Made by a program: the position numbers and the translations under genes. The notes beneath the pieces are model-generated. The model made no database searches. It was given only the letters and a program-made list of their open reading frames with translations, and had not been told where the DNA came from. Shown piece after piece: positions 50,951 to 64,000 of a stretch of 64,000 nucleotides of DNA (positions within the stretch are counted from its first letter, which is position 1; each line of letters opens with the position of its first letter). This stretch comes from Balanoglossus misakiensis (lineage: Eukaryota > Animalia > Hemichordata): the NCBI GenBank assembly GCA_040954595.2, contig CM082579.2, positions 14,980,550-15,044,549 of the forward strand. Reading direction: 5' to 3'.

Positions 50951-51630
50951 CTTACATTCGTCCCTGTGGAACAAAAACCACACCTATCGCCCTGTTGGTT
51001 AGTGTCTAATTAAATGTACAAAATCAATGACTTAGGCAGGTGCAACAGACGACCCCGCCTTTGGTATATCATTATGGTCCCATCCGTATATGCCCCCCCC
51101 CCCCTCCCAAGCCAAAGCTGCATGCATCTGCTGTGGATGCTCACTAAGCAAAAGTAGGTGAAAGGTCACATAAGGTCGCCCACAACTTGACGGGAAAATT
51201 GGACTTCATATTGATCCATGTGCAACAAATAGCACGCTACCACCCCTTTCATTGACCCCACAATTACGCATGCACATAATTATTGAGTTATGCAGGTGTC
51301 ACAGGTGACACCCGAATCGGGTGTATTATTTTAGTCCCATACAGCTGCATGTAGCTGCGTGCCGTTACGGGCGACCTGATAACCCACACGGCCACCTGCG
51401 GGCCGACTCCCATACTGAACGTCCAGTTGCAACATCACGACTGAAGTAGGAACTTTTGAACGGCAACGAAGCCTGATCTCTGATTATTGCTGGTACCATA
51501 CTCCTGTCGTGCAAGAAAATCACTGGTCTGCTGACGTATTTCAGCCAATTTCCCAAACTACTATCCACTACATGTGACTACAATGCTAATGAAACCTCCC
51601 ACAACATTAGCGACTTAGGGTCAAAGTCCA

Positions 51631-54166
51631 CTGTTTTAAATTTTTTCATCGGTTTTACTTTAAAGGATGCCCACAAATTGCAACAGTAAATATTACTACA
51701 ATATGCCAAAAATAAAACTTTCTTCACATCTTGACTAAAATGTTGAAAATGTCTCAATAGCATGTTTGCTCTAACACAAAATGCTCTTCTCTGTCGTTCA
51801 ATATCTTCATTATCACAACCCTCACAAGATATAACATGGCCCAGATAGGTGTGTACAGGTACAAACTTTAAAGTGATGTCATTAAGTTTAACCGAAGGAA
51901 TTCTTTGAACGCTCATATTCTTCCCATTAAAAAGCATGCACACAGTTTTACTAGAATTATAAATTATATCATAATCATTGCCATAAATTTCACAAATTCT
52001 AAGAAGACGGTGTAGACCCTTAATACTTGGACTGAGTAGAGTCATGTCGTCAGCGTAACCTAAAGTGTTAGCGCTGACACCACACATGGTACAGCCAACT
52101 TTGGCTTTACAGAGTGCATTGATAAGATCATCAATGTAGACATTAAAAAGATAGGGAGAGAGTACTCCCCCTTGTCTTACACCGTTAGAAACAGAAAACA
52201 ACTCTGAGGTTTCATTACCCCACAACACAGTAAACAATTGATTTCTGTACCATTAAAGGTCACATGTCATGCTTTGGAAAGTTTTCATTTTTCCACGTCA
52301 AAAGCTCACCTAGGGTACCTGTCTATGCATTGCCTATTGTGTCGGTTCCGAAAAATGTGCACGAATGCCGGAATTTGCCACCTTTTTTCATGCCTGTGAT
52401 CGGGGAGCCACTTCGCACTCGAGCCAGGCGAAGGTATTTGCATATGGACAAACAAGTACACTATGTCGTAGTGTACCATTCTGTTTACAGTAAAGTGTAA
52501 TTATCGGTCCATGAGTAATTAAGTCCACAGACAAAGATAAGCTATATAAACAGTGTTCAAAGCAAAGGAAGCCCTTGCCTCACATTGCAGGCAGAGGATT
52601 TACAAAGGTGTGAAAGACTATTTGTCCACATCAAGATAAGTCTTCGGCTTAACTTCGAAAAGCCCAAAAAAATCGACTGAGTTGGGTTAGGGGTACACGC
52701 CCACCCGCCACTTTTACTTGCTTGTTATCTAAGCACAAGGGGCAAAACGCATTGCAAGATAGTAACATACGTTAACTTCAAGACCCAAATAGTGATTTTA
52801 CGCGTGGTTGTATAGGGCATGGCGTGGGACCTTTAATATAAAATTCGTACAGCATACAAGGGAACATTCCTGTCGATGAGCTTGTTAACCAGTTTAAAGT
52901 GATTAACTCTGTCAAAAGCTTTTGAAGCATCCAGAAAACAAGTAAACACTGGTCTTCCATTGCTGGTGTAGTAGCTAATGATTTCTTTAAATGCAAATAA
53001 ACACAGGTCAGTTGAATGTTCTCGCTTGAAACCAAATTGTAAATAATGAGAGGTAAGAAACTCCTCACAACGAGAAAGTAAAATAGGCTCAAAAACTTTA
53101 GAGAAAACAGTTGCTAGTGCTATCGGCCGGTAGTTACTGGCATCACTACAAAGCTTAGTTTTATCCTTAATTGGAACTAAAATAACGTTGATAGCCTCAG
53201 TTTGCAGGTAACCATGAACAATCAAGTCAAAATGGGTAAAATAGAGGAGTCTGAGAATTTGAGGTGCTCAGCTGAAATATTGTCAATGCCAGCTGTCTTA
53301 TCGTCAGGTAACTTATGTATAGCAGAAATTACTTCTTCTTCAGAAACATACATATCAGAAGAAAATTTAACATACTTCATTTTCTCCTCGATGTCATTTT
53401 TACCAGTCTGAGCCTGGACAGAATTCAAAATATCACTGAAATGCTTGTGCCACATAATTGCAATTTCACTCTCACCAGTCGCTCCACCTACAGTGTCAGA
53501 AAGCGGCATTTTTCTGCTAGTTTGCTTTCTGACTTCCTTCCAGAAGTCGTTCTGTTTGTGGCAGCGTAAATTGTCAGCCATCTTGTCAGCCCTATTTTGA
53601 TTCTCAATCTTTTTACAAGCACGTAAAGCATACTTAAAACGAGGTCTGGAAGATTTCATGGTTTCAAAAAGCGGGCCTTGTTAAGGTTTACCCCCATTAA
53701 CCCATAATAAAAACATGGAACGGGCATAGTCGTGACTTTCTTTTACAAAATCGTTCCAGCCAGGCACAACATGAACTTTCTGGTGAAACTTACGCCTAAT
53801 GGTATCTTTTGCAGCACAATTCAATGCGTCCACAACACTACTATAACAAATATCAATTGCCTGTAAATGCGAAGGGTATGTACAGTTCACATTAGTGCAG
53901 AATAACTCTTCGGATAAATTAATCTTATCAACCTTGGCTTTGGTACAACGGGTGTAGGCGGATATATTCTGCTGTGACAATTTTTTCCAATCAACTCGAA
54001 AATTACATTGCTTGAAGGAACTACTGCTGAAGCATTCATCAGCAGAAGTGTTGAAATGAACCTCTATTGAAACAGGAATATGGTCGGAGTCAACAACATT
54101 GCAAAGACTCGAAATTGAAAGAACATTGCTATAAAAAATTTTAGTGGTAACACAGTGGTCAATCCA
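51631..54166 (-). mobile_element. non-LTR retrotransposon ORF2 fragment (RTE-X-like), decayed
   Basis: end of the endonuclease (WIDH..SDHIP), PGWND linker, RT motifs NYRPIAL, QFGFK, FLDASKAFDRVNH, GVRQGGVLSP, YADD and YLG; in-frame stops at 53681 and 53222; clade assignment tentative. Confidence 0.9.
52257..52832. mobile_element. Kolobok-like MITE inserted in the RT coding region
   Basis: ttaa|aggtcacatgtcatgc ... gcatggcgtgggacct|ttaa; removing it rejoins RILY to WYRNQLFTVLWG. Confidence 0.9.
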
Positions 54167-55499
54167 AACTCAGCGTAATTCAATAAAACGCCCTAACACA
54201 GCCTGAACTCCGATAATGTGTTGTCCCAAAATTCATTCCGTGGAAAATAATCACTGGTCTGTTTACGTATTTCAGCCGATTTTCCAAGGACTACTGCAAC
54301 TCGCCAGAAGTGAGTAGCCTGCTAATGAGATCTCCACAACATTACGTAATGACGGTCAAAGTCCGATGCCCCAGTGTCCGTCCTCAGCCCACCAAAAAAT
54401 GCGAAAAAATATTACAAAAATCTTCTTCTCAAAATCGACGTGGCCTAGGACCTTGAAATTTGGCACAGGGGATTTTGGCCACATGGTCTACAAAAATCGC
54501 GAAAAGAATGTACATGCCCCCATTAACGTGCAAATTAGGTCAATTTGAAAATTTCGCTCGATTATAGCCACAAAGTCACGTGACTAATTACAAATTCAAA
54601 GGGCAGGTGCACCAGTACTCATGGGCCCCAACCACCGTGCCAAATTTGGAGGCGCACCTGCCGGAATTTCAGAGAAAAACGGGCGCAAAAAAACGACTCA
54701 AGAAGAAAGAAGACAAACTCCAGCAATAACAGAAGGGGACCAAGCGCCTGAGGGCTCTTGGTCCCCTAAATATGGGACTAAACTTGACAGATACCCGGAA
54801 TATTTTCCTATTTAGGATACCTGGTTGCATTTCCACCTAAAGGCGTCCTATTGGCGTGGAAATTTTATAACTTGAAATCGTTTGACTGGGTGATAGGTAT
54901 TAATATCTTATGATGTTATAAAACACTTGGCTCGCCGAAGGTAAGGACCGATTATAGCGTCAGTCGTGTCATAAAATATATATGAACGTCATGGGTCAAT
55001 AAACTTGATGGTCCAATAAAATTTAATGGTTCGTAAAACTATTGTGTCCAATGTCTGCAGAGTATACTGGCTGCAACATGTGTATGAGTCAGGATTAACG
55101 GCTGTAGCCATCAACCCAAAAGGTGAACGTCCTATTCTCACTAACTTAAATAGGTTTTGCGACCTAGTTGAGTGATAAAAACCTTATGATAAAGTCGACA
55201 CAATTTCAAGATGACGATGTGCAAATGAGAGTTCATAAGCTAAAGTAAAGTTCAATGAATTCTATACAAAGTTCAAAAAAGATTTTTTACTAAAGGAAGA
55301 CATGAACAAACTGATATCGTCTCTTCATATTCGTACATGTCCAACTGTTGTGATTTGACCCCCCCCCCCCCATGGTACATGAACCTATTACTTAGTACAC
55401 ACTTAAACAATTGGCATTTGAAGTGCCTTGCTTGACAGTGTTTAATGCGGTGGTCAGCCGCGTTTATCTCTCGCCACTTCATGCATCATGTCGCCTTAA

Positions 55500-55820
55500 A
55501 GGGACAAACTCTCTCTCTCGTCGCCCTTTTCTATTAATTATGTTTGATACAAGACACCGTTTATATTAATGGGCATGTGTATATGTAGTGAATGAACGTT
55601 CAACCACACACAACTTCCATCCTGCTTGTATGATATGAGAGTAAAAACTCGCCCAAAATGAATTAATGGTAGAGACCGATTTTTCAGTTTTGCGAGTTTT
55701 CGCTCTCGTGTCTACATGCGGGATAGAAGGTGTGTGCGGTTGAACGTTGCATCACTATATATCCACATTTACATTAATATAAACGGTGTTTTGTATCAAA
55801 CATGGAAAAGGGCAGCGAGT
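55500..55820. mobile_element. Kolobok-like MITE (family of 34407-34753)
   Basis: ttaa|agggacaaactctctctctcg...; interior matches 34407-34753; right end truncated. Confidence 0.75.
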
Positions 55821-56456
55821 TAAGGATGTACGATCAGTAAAATTGAAAGCATTGTCATTTCTTTTAATCGTGAATTTTCGTTTCTGATTTGTATGTATAA
55901 TGAAAATCCATTTTGGGTCACTGCACTTGTTTTCGACTTTAAACAAGGCCGTGAATTTAGTCGACAATTGAAGAAAACTGCTAACGGTCAGCATTTTCTA
56001 CCAATGGTTTGTCTATGGATACAATATTGAACAAAGTTTATCTCAAAATAGAGCGTGATGAATTTATTTTGATTTGTCGGAGCTATGTGTAAAATTTCAT
56101 GAAAATGACAATAGTAGAAGTGAGTTTTCTAACTATTCTCCATGTACTCCTATGGGAAGAGACACAGGCGCACAGTTTACCAGTTGACGACCTCTAAAGA
56201 GGAAACGGGGGGGGGGGGATGATGAAAGGTTTAAGACTTACAGATCACAACTTAAAGAGCCATTCAGAAAGAGGCTTAGAGTGGAGTATCAAATCGGACG
56301 ATACCACTGACTGGTGGAGGAAGACAAAATAAGCAAACTGAGTAGATGAGTGCTCAGATTTCTTCAGAGGACCAAACGTTTCAAAGAATTATACGTGACA
56401 ATCCATGCCTGGTCCGTCAGTAGATATAAACAGAACATTGTGGCTGTATTCATTAA

Positions 56457-56747
56457 AGGGACCAAGTCTCTCTCTCGCTGCCCTTTTTCCATTAATTATG
56501 TTTGATACAAGACTGCGTTTATATTATTCTACATGTGGATATAGTGAATCAACGTTCAACCATACACACCTTCCACCCCGCTTGTATAGACACGAGAGTT
56601 TTAAAAAGTAGCCAAAATGAATAAACGGTCTCTACCATTTATTCATTTCGGGCGAGTTTTTACTCTCGTATCATACAAGCCGGATGGAAGTTGTGTGTGG
56701 TTGAACGTTCATTCACTAACATAAACGGTGTCTTGTATCATGTCCCT
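56457..56747. mobile_element. Kolobok-like MITE (family of 34407-34753)
   Basis: ttaa|agggaccaagtctctctctcg ... tgtccct|ttaa. Confidence 0.78.
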
Positions 56748-57527
56748 TTAACACTTTTGAAGCATTTTACTAATGCTAACATGACTAGACCAATTGAATG
56801 ATGTTACATTGCAGGTTATCAACTCAGAGGGGCGTCTTGTTATAAAGCGGTACCTGACAAACAATCAGCTGGCAACGCTGAAAATACCTGTCAGTCGTAA
56901 GTATGAAAGTATACATCATTTGAGTAGAATTTTACGGGAGTTCCTAACAAGGCTTGGACATGTCACGCACAAATACAAAGGGCGCGTATAAAGACAGACA
57001 AAACCTCGCTCAGTGTGAGGTGTTCAGCGATTGCATCTGATAAGTCGAAAATGCTTGATCACGTGTCATGTTCAGTTGGGAAATTGGATATGTCTCAGGC
57101 CAAAAAAACTAATATGTGCTATTCCGATTACATGGTTTTCAAAAATATTGTAGGTAGAAAGGGACATTTTTTTATTTTTCAATTTTTTTTATATCTTTGG
57201 CCGTCGTAGTGTAGAAGAATGACATCATAGTTCTTGCGTGATTCTCGCAATTTTCATGAATTGTTTTATATTTGACATCGTTATTTTTACTTCCGGTTTG
57301 CGAAGATCTAAACTGTTTTGGGTCGGCGGGCTAAAATTAGGGTAGTTCGGGTAATCGTTATGACATTGGGAGCTACGGCTGCAAAGCCATGTGTCTCGTG
57401 CGAAAAGGGCCCTTAACCTTTTGCAATATTTAACAGCAAACAACAGACAGTTTTGAGAATAAAAGGTTTCCGTCGTGTCTGACTTTCATATCGCATTAAT
57501 AGCATATCCCTAATTTTAAAGAAATTA

Positions 57528-57765
57528 GGAGAGACAGAGTGAAACAGGCAGAGTGGCAGACAGACACAAGCAGACAGACAGAGCAACATTCATCAGTAGA
57601 GACACTCACCGGTCGCTCGCTCGCTCGCTCACTCTCTCTCTCAGAGAGAGGGGGCAGACAGTCAGACAGACAGACGTTGACAGACAGTCAGTAAGTCAGT
57701 CAGCCAGTTAATCAGTCAGTCAGACGTCAAAGACACAGTGACACAAACACAGCGAGGGAGACAAA
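57528..57765. repeat. compound microsatellite (CAGA)n/(TCGC)n/(CT)n/(CAGT)n
   Basis: visible simple repeats. Confidence 0.8.
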
Positions 57766-59059
57766 AGGACCTTTCATGCTTAAACCCCTGTTCTTCTGTT
57801 ACAAACTTTGAAAACCGTTCGTTTTCAGACTGCAGATTGCTCGAATAACGCGGCACACTGCCGAAACAATAAAACAAATACTAGTGGGAGCTCATAAAAT
57901 AAAATCGCTCAACCATTCCGTCGTCCTGAGTGACCTCAGCCACATTAATTCCGACGTCTTTTTAGGGTCATGAAAAAAGTCACAAATAAGGTATTTCCCC
58001 TAGGTCCACCTGAAGCAAAAAGTTTTCGTTTCGACTCCATCATTCCGAATAGTAAGAAAGCAACAAAATTGAAAAGACAGATGTAAAATGCAATCTCTCT
58101 CACGTGGTAACGTTTGTAACTATGGCAATCACGGTACGTGTTCAGTACACAGACAGGGAGAAAAGTTTCCCCATGCAATACATGTGTTCAGTAAGGTTTG
58201 ACCTTGGTTTTACTTTGTACCATGATCGCCGCTTTCTAAGCATGGATGAACGACGGCGGTCAGACCCAATCGAACCCTTTCATGTCAGATGACCACGGTA
58301 TCTCCAGTGTGAGATGACATTTGACAAACCATTTGATTTCGACAAAATCTTCGCGTCGTCAACGCGTCGCATACCAGTCGCATATCGGTATTTACCCAAT
58401 CATAAAAGTTGGAAATTCGGGAGACTCGATCTGCAACCAAGTTGAGAGTAAATTTTGACGTTTGACTATTGGCAAGTAAACAGGTTACACAATGACTTGT
58501 CGGTTTTTCCTCCGTCATGGTCGTTCTTGACCCAAGTGTCCTTCCTTGACATTTAGACACACCTTGCGGTATGACCTTGGTGGTCATGTGCAATTAGTTT
58601 TCTTGTATAAGACGCTTTTCATGCCGGGGTAGACGACTTGTGCGTGGATCATCAACATTTCAGTGATATTTCAACGCAAAGTTTTAGCAATATTGAGAAA
58701 ACAGGTAGTGAGGTGTCAAATGCATATCAATGTACGAAAATTAGGTCAAGCCACCCGACAGCAACCGCTTTAACACAGTGTCGGACGTTGCACGGAATGT
58801 GAAACGTTACACTGCTTCGGCCGTTCACATGCACCTGGGCGTGGTTTTGATTGATGGTCAAACGCCCCCACTTACTTTGGGCGTTTTCAATGGTAAATGT
58901 GTCGTATTGATCGAAACCTTGCCGTAAACACATTTTTTTGCTGAATCAACATTCAGAGTTCAGCCGTCTAGTTAACGAAGTATTGAAATAAGCCACTTGT
59001 TCATCATTTTTTGTCTGTCAAACGTGTTTATTCGGACAGGGACAGGCCGCCAATGAGTT

Positions 59060-62000
59060 GAAAAAAAAACGGGTGAAAATCATCAAAAAATGACACATTT
59101 TCGTCGACTTTGCAAAATCTCAAAATTTCGTCGATTTTTGAAAAAAATCATGGGGGAAAATCATGAAAAAATGACAAATTTTCCTCTTTGCAAAATCTCA
59201 AAATTTCGTCGATTTTTAAAAAAAGACCTGGGTGAAAATCATCAAAAAATGACAAATTTTCGTCTTTGCAAAATCTCACAATTTCGTCGATTTTTGAAAA
59301 AAATCATAGGTGAAAATCATCAAAAAATGACAAATTTTCGACTTTGCAAAATCTCAAAATTTCGTCAATTTTTGAAAAAATCATGGGTGAAAATCATCAA
59401 AAAATGACAAATTTTCGTCTTTGCAAAATCTCAACATTTCGTCCATTTTAAAAAAAAAAACGGGTGAAAATCATCAAAAAATGACACATTTTCGTCGACT
59501 TTGCAAAATCTCAAAATTTCGTCGATTTTTGAAAAAAAATCATGGGTGAAAATCATCAAAAAATGACAAATTTTCGTCTTTGCAAAATCTCAAAATTTCG
59601 TCCATTTTAAAAAAAAAACGGGGGAAAATCATCAAAAAATGACAAATTTTCGACTTTGCAAAATCTCAAAATTTCGTCGATTTTTGAAAAAAATCATGGG
59701 TGAAAATCATCAAAAAATGACAAATTTTCGACTTTGCAAAATCTCAAAATTTCGTCGATTTTTGAAAAAAATCATGGGGGAAAATCATGAAAAAATTACA
59801 AATTTTGAAAAAAAAAACTGGTGAAAATCATCAAAAAATGACACATTTACGACTTTGCAAAATCTCAAAATTTCGTCGATTTTTGAAAAAAATTCATGGG
59901 TGAAAATCATCAAAAAATGACAAATTTTCGTCTTTGCAAAATCTCAAAATTTCATCCATTTTTGAAAAAAAATCATGGGTAAAAATCATCAAAAATGACA
60001 AATTTTTGTCTTTGCAAAATCTCAAGTTTTCGTCGATTTTTGAAAAAAAATCATGGTTGAAAATCATCAAAAAATGACAAAATTTTCGACTTTGTAAAAT
60101 CACAAAATTTCGTCAATTTTTGAAAAAAATCATGGGGGAAAATCATGAAAAAATGACAAATTTTCCTCTTTGCAAAATCTCAAAATTTCGTCGATTTTTG
60201 AAAAAAAATCATGGGTGAAAATCATCAAAAAATGACAAATTTTCGTCTTTGCAAAATCTCAAAATTTCGTCCATTTTTGAAAAAAAATCATGGGTAAAAA
60301 TCATCAAAAATGACAAATTTTCGTCTTTGCAAAATCTCAAATTTTCGTCGATTTTTGAAAAAAAATCATGGTTGAAAATCATCAAAAAATGACAAAATTT
60401 TCGACTTTGTAAAATCACAAAATTTCGTCGATTTTGAAACAAATCATAGGTTCGTCGATTTTTTAAAAAAAAACATGTGTGAAAATCATCAAAAAATGAC
60501 AAATTTTGAAAAAAAAACGGGTGAAAATCATCAAAAAATGACACATTTTCGTCGACTTTGCAAAATCTCAAAATTTCGTCGATTTTTGAAAAAAATCATG
60601 GGGGAAAATCATGAAAAAATGACAAATTTTCCTCTTTGCAAAATCTCAAAATTTCGTCGATTTTTAAAAAAAGACCTGGGTGAAAATCATCAAAAAATGA
60701 CAAATTTTCGTCTTTGCAAAATCTCACAATTTCGTCGATTTTTGAAAAAAATCATAGGTGAAAATCATCAAAAAATGACAAATTTTCGACTTTGCAAAAT
60801 CTCAAAATTTCGTCAATTTTTGAAAAAATCATGGGTGAAAATCATCAAAAAATGACAAATTTTCGTCTTTGCAAAATCTCAACATTTCGTCCATTTAAAA
60901 AAAAAAAACGGGGGAAAATCATCAAAAAATGACAAATTTTCGACTTTGCAAAATCTCAAAATTTCGTCGATTTTTGAAAAAAATCATGGGTGAAAATCAT
61001 CAAAAAATGACAAATTTTCGACTTTGCAAAATCTCAAAATTTCGTCAATTTTTGAAAAAATCATGGGTGAAAATCATCAAAAAATGACAAATTTTGAAAA
61101 AAAAACGGGTGAAAATCATCAAAAAATGACACATTTTCGTCGACTTTGCAAAATCTCAAAATTTCGTCGATTTTTGAAAAAAATCATGGGTGAAAATCAT
61201 CAAAAAATGACAAATTTTCGTCTTTGCAAAATCTCAAAATTTCGTCCATTTTAAAAAAAAAAACGGGGGAAAATCATCAAAAAATGACAAATTTTCGACT
61301 TTGCAAAATCTCAAAATTTCGTCGATTTTTGAAAAAAATCATGGGTGAAAATCATCAAAAAATGACAAATTTTCGACTTTGTAAAATCACAAAATTTCGT
61401 CGATTTTGAAACAAATCATAGGTTCGTCGATTTTTTAAAAAAAAACATGTGTGAAAATCATCAAAAAATGACAAATTTTGAAAAAAAAACGGGTGAAAAT
61501 CATCAAAAAATGACACATTTTCGTCGACTTTGCAAAATCTCAAAATTTCGTCGATTTTTGAAAAAAATCATGGGGGAAAATCATGAAAAAATGACAAATT
61601 TTCCTCTTTGCAAAATCTCAAAATTTCGTCGATTTTTAAAAAAAGACCTGGGTGAAAATCATCAAAAAATGACAAATTTTCGTCTTTGCAAAATCTCACA
61701 ATTTCGTCGATTTTTGAAAAAAATCATAGGTGAAAATCATCAAAAAATGACAAATTTTCGACTTTGCAAAATCTCAAAATTTCGTCAATTTTTGAAAAAA
61801 TCATGGGTGAAAATCATCAAAAAATGACAAATTTTCGTCTTTGCAAAATCTCAACATTTCGTCCATTTTAAAAAAAAAAACGGGGGAAAATCATCAAAAA
61901 ATGACAAATTTTCGACTTTGCAAAATCTCAAAATTTCGTCGATTTTTGAAAAAAATCATGGGTGAAAATCATCAAAAAATGACAAATTTTCGACTTTGCA

Positions 62001-64000
62001 AAATCTCAAAATTTCGTCAATTTTTGAAAAAATCATGGGTGAAAATCATCAAAAAATGACAAATTTTGAAAAAAAAACGGGTGAAAATCATCAAAAAATG
62101 ACACATTTTCGTCGACTTTGCAAAATCTCAAAATTTCGTCGATTTTTGAAAAAAATCGTGGGTGAAAATCATCAAAAAATGACAAATTTTCGTCTTTGCA
62201 AAATCTCAAAATTTCGTCCATTTTAAAAAAAAAACGGGGGAAAATCATCAAAAAATGACAAATTTTCGACTTTGCAAAATCTCAAAATTTCGTCGATTTT
62301 TGAAAAAAATCATGGGTGAAAATCATCAAAAAATGACAAATTTTCGACTTTGCAAAATCTCAAAATTTCGTCGATTTTTGAAAAAAATCATGGGGGAAAA
62401 TCATGAAAAAATTACAAATTTTGAAAAAAAAAACTGGTGAAAATCATCAAAAAATGACACATTTACGACTTTGCAAAATCTCAAAATTTCGTCGATTTTT
62501 GAAAAAAATTCATGGGTGAAAATCATCAAAAAATGACAAATTTTCGTCTTTGCAAAATCTCAAAATTTCGTCCATTTTTGAAAAAAAATCATGGGTAAAA
62601 ATCATCAAAAATGACAAATTTTTGTCTTTGCAAAATCTCAAGTTTTCGTCGATTTTTGAAAAAAAATCATGGTTGAAAATCATCAAAAAATGACAAAATT
62701 TTCGACTTTGTAAAATCACAAAATTTCGTCAATTTTTGAAAAAAATCATGGGGGAAAATCATGAAAAAATGACAAATTTTCCTCTTTGCAAAATCTCAAA
62801 ATTTCGTCGATTTTTGAAAAAAAATCATGGGTGAAAATCATCAAAAAATGACAAATTTTCGTCTTTGCAAAATCTCAAAATTTCGTCCATTTTTGAAAAA
62901 AAATCATGGGTAAAAATCATCAAAAATGACAAATTTTCGTCTTTGCAAAATCTCAAATTTTCGTCGATTTTTGAAAAAAAATCATGGTTGAAAATCATCA
63001 AAAAATGACAAAATTTTCGACTTCGTAAAATCACAAAATTTCGTCGATTTTGAAACAAATCATAGGTTCGTCGATTTTTTAAAAAAAAACGTGTGAAAAT
63101 CATCAAAAAATGACAAATTTTGAAAAAAAAACAGGTGAAAATCATCAAAAAATGACACATTTTCGTCGACTTTGCAAAATCTCAAAATTTCGTCGATTTT
63201 TGAAAAAAATCATGGGGGAAAATCATGAAAAAATGACAAATTTTCCTCTGCAAAATCTCAAAATTTCGTCGATTTTTAAAAAAAGACATGGGTGAAAATC
63301 ATCAAAAAATAACAAATTTTCGACTTTGCAAAATCTCAAAATTTCGTCCATTTTTGAAAAAAAATCATGGGTAAAAATCATCAAAAAATGACAAATTTTC
63401 GTCTTTGCAAAATCTCACAATTTCGTAGATTTTTGAAAAAAATCATGTGTGAAAATCATCAAAAAATGACAAATTTTCGACTTTGCAAAATCTCAAAATT
63501 TCGTCAATTTTTGAAAAAATCATGGGTGAAAATCATCAAAAAATGACAAATTTTCGTCTTTGCAAAATCTCAAAATTTCGTCCATTTTGAAAAATAATAT
63601 GGGTGAAAATCATCAAAAAATGACAAATTTTTGACTGCAAAATCTCAAAATTTCGTAGATTTCTGAAAAAAATCATGTGTGAAAATCATCAAAAAATGAC
63701 AAATTTTCGACTTTGCAAAATCTCAAAATTTCGTCAATTTTTAAAAAAAAATCATGGGTGAAAATCATCAAAAAATGACAAATTTTCGTCTTTGCAAAAT
63801 CTCAAAATTTCGTCGGTTTTTGAAAAATAATATGGGTGAAAATCATCAAAAAATGACAAATTTTTGACTGCAAAATCTCAAAATTTCGTCGATTTTAGAA
63901 AAAAATTATGGGTGAAAATCATCAAAAAATGACAAATTTTCGACTTTGCAAAATCTCAAAATTTCGTCGGTTTTGAAAAAAATCATGGGTTCGTCGATTT
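59060..64000. repeat. ~78-bp A/T-tract satellite with higher-order structure, running off the window end
   Basis: unit gggtgaaaatcatcaaaaaatgacaaattttcgactttgcaaaatctcaaaatttcgtcgatttttgaaaaaaatcat; variant blocks recur at offsets of 972 and 2616 bp. Confidence 0.98.

Larger units (their letters stand above)
49349..54770 (-). mobile_element. Helentron/DINE-1-like non-autonomous element carrying nested insertions
   Basis: one end has the gctgc-aa-gcagc stem-loop plus sub-TIR aggggcccaag; the other end has the hairpin aggggaccaag..cttggtcccct followed by aaa; internal degenerate tandem repeats continue across the nested LINEs. Confidence 0.7.

Noticed and set aside
58200-58980. Slightly GC-richer stretch with 62-102-aa ORFs
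   Set aside because: No recognisable domain, consistent frame or convincing splice sites.
59090-63295. K/F-rich ORFs (MTNFRLCKISKFRRFLKK...)
   Set aside because: Artefacts of the 78-bp satellite.

Overview
AT-rich, repeat-dominated animal genomic DNA; the gene content and repeat types suggest a marine invertebrate, but this is an inference. Contents from left to right: (1) 595-5567 (+): eight spliced exons of an uninflatable (uif)-like CUB/CCP/cbEGF gene, one of which is frameshifted and truncated by MITE sequence. No further exons were found downstream. (2) 6.4-14.7 kb: a 90/74-bp satellite whose long ORFs are artefacts. (3) Minisatellites at 15.6-17.2 kb. (4) A diverged local duplication (about 23.0-28.6 kb vs 31.2-35.1 kb) carrying four conserved 73/75-nt minus-strand micro-exons. 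The two exon types are paralogues whose central ~22 nt are reverse complements, so splicing would create an RNA duplex. A candidate upstream exon holds a perfect 16-bp hairpin. (5) A 4-kb foldback element nested in an Academ-like element with a 9-bp TSD. (6) An orphan minus-strand terminal exon with a PPPY motif. (7) An intron-containing, decayed ZNF862-like hAT transposase, followed by a Helentron/DINE-1-like element that contains an L2 fragment and an RTE-X-like LINE fragment, the latter split by a TTAA MITE. (8) A 78-bp A-tract satellite with higher-order repeats from 59 kb to the window end. Many TA-, TTAA- and TAA-flanked MITEs are scattered throughout. No intact complete gene, rRNA, tRNA or CRISPR array was found.
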